64,000 bases of DNA from Candidatus Limnocylindrales bacterium (lineage in GTDB: Bacteria > Chloroflexota > Limnocylindria > Limnocylindrales > CSP1-4): assembly GCA_050010635.1 (NCBI GenBank), contig JBEKKR010000004.1:1074-65073 (forward strand), written 5' to 3'. A model generated the notes under the pieces. That model was given only the letters and a program-made list of their open reading frames with translations. It searched no databases and had not been told where the DNA came from. This document shows positions 60,485 to 64,000 of this stretch, in pieces (the first letter of the stretch is position 1; every line of letters starts with the position of its first letter). The position numbers were made by a program, and so were the translations under genes.

Positions 60485-61255
60485 TCAGAGCTCGGCGTTG
60501 ACGATGAAGCCGGCGTCGACGAGCAGCGTCGCGCAGGTCACGTAGCTCGCGTCGTCCGAGAGCAGGTACGTGATAGCGCCCGCCATCTCCTCGGGCTCGC
60601 CAGGGCGATGGATGGCGATCCGGTCGATGTAGTACTTCCAAACCTCGGGCGCCGCATCGAACATCGGGGCGCTCATGTTGGTCTTGATCCAGCCCGGTTC
60701 GACGGCGTTGACCCGGATCCCGTGCTCGCCGAGGTTGCAGCCGAGGGCCTTGGCAAGCATCGAGATCGCGCCCTTCGTGCCGCAGTAGGCGGTCTGGTAG
60801 GGGGCGCCGACGTGGGCGGAGATCGAGCTCGTGCAGCAGATGGCGCCGCCGTGGCCCTCCTTGATCATCTGCTTGGCGCCCTCGGTCACGACGACCCAGG
60901 TGCCGCGGACGTTGGTCTCCATCAGGTTGTTGAAGTCTTCGAGCGAGGTCTCGTCCCACTTCATGAATGGGTTGATGGCCGCGTTGGAGACGACGTAGTC
61001 GAGCCGGCTGCCCCGTTCGGCCACCTCGTGGACCATGCGGATGACCTGCTCGGGGTCGCGCATGTCGGCCACGACCGGGAAGCCCTCCCCGCCCGCCTCC
61101 TTGATGCGGCGGAGCGTTTCGGTGGGATCGCCGGTCGGCCGCTGATTGACGCCCACCAGCGCTCCTTCCGCCGCAAGCCGCACCGCCGTCGCCTGCCCGA
61201 TTCCATTGGTGGCCCCGGTGACCAGCGCGACCTTACCGACGAATCGCTTTTCCAT
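60485..61255 (-). CDS. Short-chain dehydrogenase/reductase
   Basis: TGATNGIG, SNAA, YCGTK and PGWIKT motifs. Confidence 0.93.
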   Translation of the reverse strand: MEKRFVGKVALVTGATNGIGQATAVRLAAEGALVGVNQRPTGDPTETLRRIKEAGGEGFPVVADMRDPEQVIRMVHEVAERGSRLDYVVSNAAINPFMKWDETSLEDFNNLMETNVRGTWVVVTEGAKQMIKEGHGGAICCTSSISAHVGAPYQTAYCGTKGAISMLAKALGCNLGEHGIRVNAVEPGWIKTNMSAPMFDAAPEVWKYYIDRIAIHRPGEPEEMAGAITYLLSDDASYVTCATLLVDAGFIVNAEL

Positions 61256-61318
61256 GGCAAATCCTCCGAGTGGTCATGCGATGAGTGCCGTGGTAGATGC
61301 CGGTTGCGGGACGCTGGA

Positions 61319-62077
61319 TCAGTGCATGCCGCGGCCCCCCGCGACGATGAGCAGCTCACCGGTGATGAAGCTCGCCTCGTCCGAGGCGAGGAAGACGGCC
61401 GAGGCTGCGACGTCGTCGGGCGTGCCCCAGCGCTTGAGCGCGGTCTCCTCGAGGATACGCTGCTGGATTGCCGGGTCTATCTCCTCGACCATGTCCGTCC
61501 GGATCCAGCCAGGGCAGATCGCGTTGATCCGTATCTGAGGTCCGAGCGCGAGCGCCATGGCCTTGGTCAGGCCGTTCATGCCGGCCTTCGAGACGACGTA
61601 TTCCGTGAAACGCATCGCCGAGGGGTGGTAGAGGCCGGAGTTGGACGACATGTTGATGATCGAGCCGGCGCCCTGGCGGATCATCACCGGCGCCACCTCC
61701 TTGGAGCACAGGTAGGCGCCCTTGAGGTTGACGTCGATCGTGATGTCCCAGTCGTCCTCGTCGGTCTCGAGGACGCCCTTGGCGACCATCACCCCGGCGT
61801 TGTTCACGAGGATGTCAATGCGCCCGAACCGCTCGAGGGTCTGCTCGACCAGGCGCCGGACGTCCGCGCTCCTCGATACGTCCGCCTGTACGGCCATCGC
61901 GGCGCCGCCCGAGGCTTCTATGCCGGCGACGACGACGGCCGCGTTCTTCGACCCCTGGGTGTAGTTGACGACGACGGCCGCACCCTCGGCCGCGAACCGC
62001 TCCGCGACGGCGCGCCCGATGCCACGCGACGCGCCGGTGACTATTGCGACCTTGCCCGCCAGACGCCCTTCGACCAT
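61319..62077 (-). CDS. Short-chain dehydrogenase/reductase
   Basis: TGASRGIG, NNAG, YVVSK and PGWIRT motifs. Confidence 0.93.
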   Translation of the reverse strand: MVEGRLAGKVAIVTGASRGIGRAVAERFAAEGAAVVVNYTQGSKNAAVVVAGIEASGGAAMAVQADVSRSADVRRLVEQTLERFGRIDILVNNAGVMVAKGVLETDEDDWDITIDVNLKGAYLCSKEVAPVMIRQGAGSIINMSSNSGLYHPSAMRFTEYVVSKAGMNGLTKAMALALGPQIRINAICPGWIRTDMVEEIDPAIQQRILEETALKRWGTPDDVAASAVFLASDEASFITGELLIVAGGRGMH

Positions 62078-62253
62078 AGCCGTCTCCTCCTAGCCCTGCC
62101 CCCAGTCCGACCGATCGAACGTGGCTCGAACCCGACCTCGGCCGCGTCGCGCCGGCTCGTCACCCGGACGTGCCCCCTGGCGACGTGCCCCGCGAGGGTC
62201 GTCAAGAGGGGCGATCGACGGGTCCCCGCTTGCGGCCTCAGGCTGAGCCCGAT

Positions 62254-62763
62254 CTACTTCTTGGCGGGAGGGTACTGGCGAACAGGGGTCAGCTCGATGG
62301 CATGGCCACTGCCCGACTCCGCGACAAAGTGGGCGTCCTTGGCCGTGTCGAGGTAGTAGAACTCGATCGTGTCGCCGATCCGGCCGCCCATCGACATCTC
62401 ATACCCGGCGTCGCCGAAGCGCTTCTTGAAGGCGTCCGACTCCTCCTGGCTGTGACTCATCAAGGCGATGTGCTGGACGCCCTCGCCATACTTGGCCAGG
62501 TGCTCCTTGTAGATCGAGTCGCCTTCCAGCGGCTGGATCAGCTCGAAGATGAGCCCCGGCTGGACCTCGCATTCGGCGCCAATCATCGAGTAATTCGAAG
62601 CCTTGCCGTGGAGGTGCTGGTGGTGGAGCTTCGGCGGGACATGCTCGTAAACGTTCCAGGGACCCCACCCGAACATCTCGTTGTAGGTCTTCATCGCCGC
62701 GTCGATGTCCTTGACGACCACCGCGATCTGGCTGATCCGGTACGGATGTTCCGGCGGCTTCAT
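62254..62763 (-). CDS. VOC family protein (methylmalonyl-CoA epimerase-like)
   Basis: QIAVVVKDID, FELIQP.EG.SIY and GEGVQHIA motifs; GGAGG SD before ATG 62763. Confidence 0.88.
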   Translation of the reverse strand: MKPPEHPYRISQIAVVVKDIDAAMKTYNEMFGWGPWNVYEHVPPKLHHQHLHGKASNYSMIGAECEVQPGLIFELIQPLEGDSIYKEHLAKYGEGVQHIALMSHSQEESDAFKKRFGDAGYEMSMGGRIGDTIEFYYLDTAKDAHFVAESGSGHAIELTPVRQYPPAKK

Positions 62764-62856
62764 GGTTTCCTCCAGAAGATCGGTTCGAGTTGCTGGACTG
62801 GGTGCCATGGCGGCGACCTCGCCCTCCGGGGCCGGGGCCGGCCACGCGCCTTCGTT

Positions 62857-62892
62857 CGGAAAGATTGTGCCACCCGGGTCAAGGTCGTGCCA
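62857..62892 (-). promoter_or_regulatory. Conserved promoter/operator element, copy 2 (divergent VOC / regulator region)
   Basis: Reverse complement TGGCAcGacCTTGACccgGgTGGCACAATCTTTCCG; 16-bp exact match to 55895-55910. Confidence 0.8.
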
Positions 62893-63027
62893 TACTGGAT
62901 TGCGTCGCGATACGTAGCCTACGGATCAGGTACTGTCCAACCTCGAAACGCAAGCCGGCTCCAATGGCCCCGGCGGCGGCCTCGCGGGGTCGCCGCGGAC
63001 CAGGACCGGCCCGATTGGATGGGAGAC

Positions 63028-63996
63028 ATGGCGACAGGGCAGTCTTCACGAGCGACGCCGGCGGTCGGCGGCCGCGTCACGGACCTGCTGGTCGAGGTCG
63101 CGCGACGCTTCTACCTGGTCGGTGAGACTCAGGTCGAGATCGCCCGAGACCTGGGGCTGGATCCGTCGACGGTCTCGCGCTACCTGAAGCGTGCTCGCGA
63201 CGAGGGAGTCGTCCGCGTCGAGATCAGGCCGCCGATGCGCCGGAACGCCGATCTGGGCCGTCAACTGGCCGACCGCTTCCAGCTCTCCCGCGTCGTCGTG
63301 GCCGCGGTCGACGAAGAGGGCGACCTTTCCAGCCTGGCGGATGTCGCGGCGGACTACGTGGGCACGCTGCTCCGCAAGGGCATGAGGGTCGGGCTCGGCT
63401 GGGGATCGACCCTCTCGGCCACGGTCGGGTGCTTGGAGCCTGGCACCGTCTCCGACTTGATCATCACCCAGCTGGCGGGCGGCCAGAGCGACCCGGTGCC
63501 CGGCATGCAGGGCCACGAGCTGGCCCGCCACCTGGCGAGCCTCTACCCGGGCAGCCTGGTCCATTACCTCCATGCGCCCTCGATCGTGGATTCGCCGGCC
63601 ATCAAGGAAGCGATCCTGAGCGATTCTTCCGTGCAGGCAGCCCTGGCCATGGCTGCGCAGAGTGAGCTGGCCCTAGTCGGGATCGGCGAGATCGGCCCGA
63701 ACGCCACTCTCTTGCGGTCGTCGCAGGTGACTCGGGCCGACCTTGGATCGTTGATCTCGGACGGCGCCGTCGGCAGCATGAACGGGCGATTCTTCGGGCG
63801 GGACGGAAAGCCCGCCGGCCATCTCGACGAGCGGACCGTGGCGATCGAATGGGCCCAGCTGGATGCCATACCGATCGTCGTGGCCGTCGCCGCCGGCCTG
63901 CCGAAGGTCGAGGCGATCCTCGGCGCGCTCAAGTCCGGTTGTGTGGACGTCCTGATCACGGACGAGCCGACCGCCACCGCGCTGGCGGAGCGCTAG
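63028..63996 (+). CDS. SorC/LsrR-family sugar-binding transcriptional regulator
   Basis: ARRFY...TQ.EIA..LG....VSRYL..AR.EG.V HTH; GWGSTL, LVGIG and LITDE.TA motifs. Confidence 0.93.
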   Translation: MATGQSSRATPAVGGRVTDLLVEVARRFYLVGETQVEIARDLGLDPSTVSRYLKRARDEGVVRVEIRPPMRRNADLGRQLADRFQLSRVVVAAVDEEGDLSSLADVAADYVGTLLRKGMRVGLGWGSTLSATVGCLEPGTVSDLIITQLAGGQSDPVPGMQGHELARHLASLYPGSLVHYLHAPSIVDSPAIKEAILSDSSVQAALAMAAQSELALVGIGEIGPNATLLRSSQVTRADLGSLISDGAVGSMNGRFFGRDGKPAGHLDERTVAIEWAQLDAIPIVVAVAAGLPKVEAILGALKSGCVDVLITDEPTATALAER

Positions 63997-64000
63997 GACA

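Overview
High-GC bacterial chromosomal window with dense, mostly housekeeping and metabolic genes. The gene content and many leaderless starts suggest a Terrabacteria lineage, possibly Chloroflexota (inference only). I saw no rRNA, tRNA, CRISPR array, transposase or phage genes. Main blocks: (i) a two-component system, amt, argH and transporters; (ii) a large polyphosphate/Pho region (ppk2; ppk1-CYTH/CHAD-sixA-histone-H1-like basic protein; phoR, DUF47, pstSCAB, phoU, pit, phoB); (iii) gltX, asparaginase II, two Lgt paralogues, mdh and pckG; (iv) menG, sufBD-Rieske, a secreted transglycosylase, frameshifted glgX and a YcaQ glycosylase; (v) an 11-kb sugar-catabolic locus. The locus joins a tetrulose module (RpiB/DerI, DhaK/DhaL, TIM-like LerI) to AI-2-type lsrK-lsrF-lsrE, two SDRs, a VOC protein and a SorC/LsrR regulator, and two of its promoters share a 36-bp element. 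The most notable observations are this hybrid Lsr/tetrose pathway, a ligase-fold protein lacking its catalytic lysine downstream of ppk2, a motif-degenerate Lgt paralogue, a basic H1-like protein in the polyP cluster, several candidate operators and structured intergenic elements, and pervasive leaderless genes. All functional calls come from motif recognition by eye; no searches were run.
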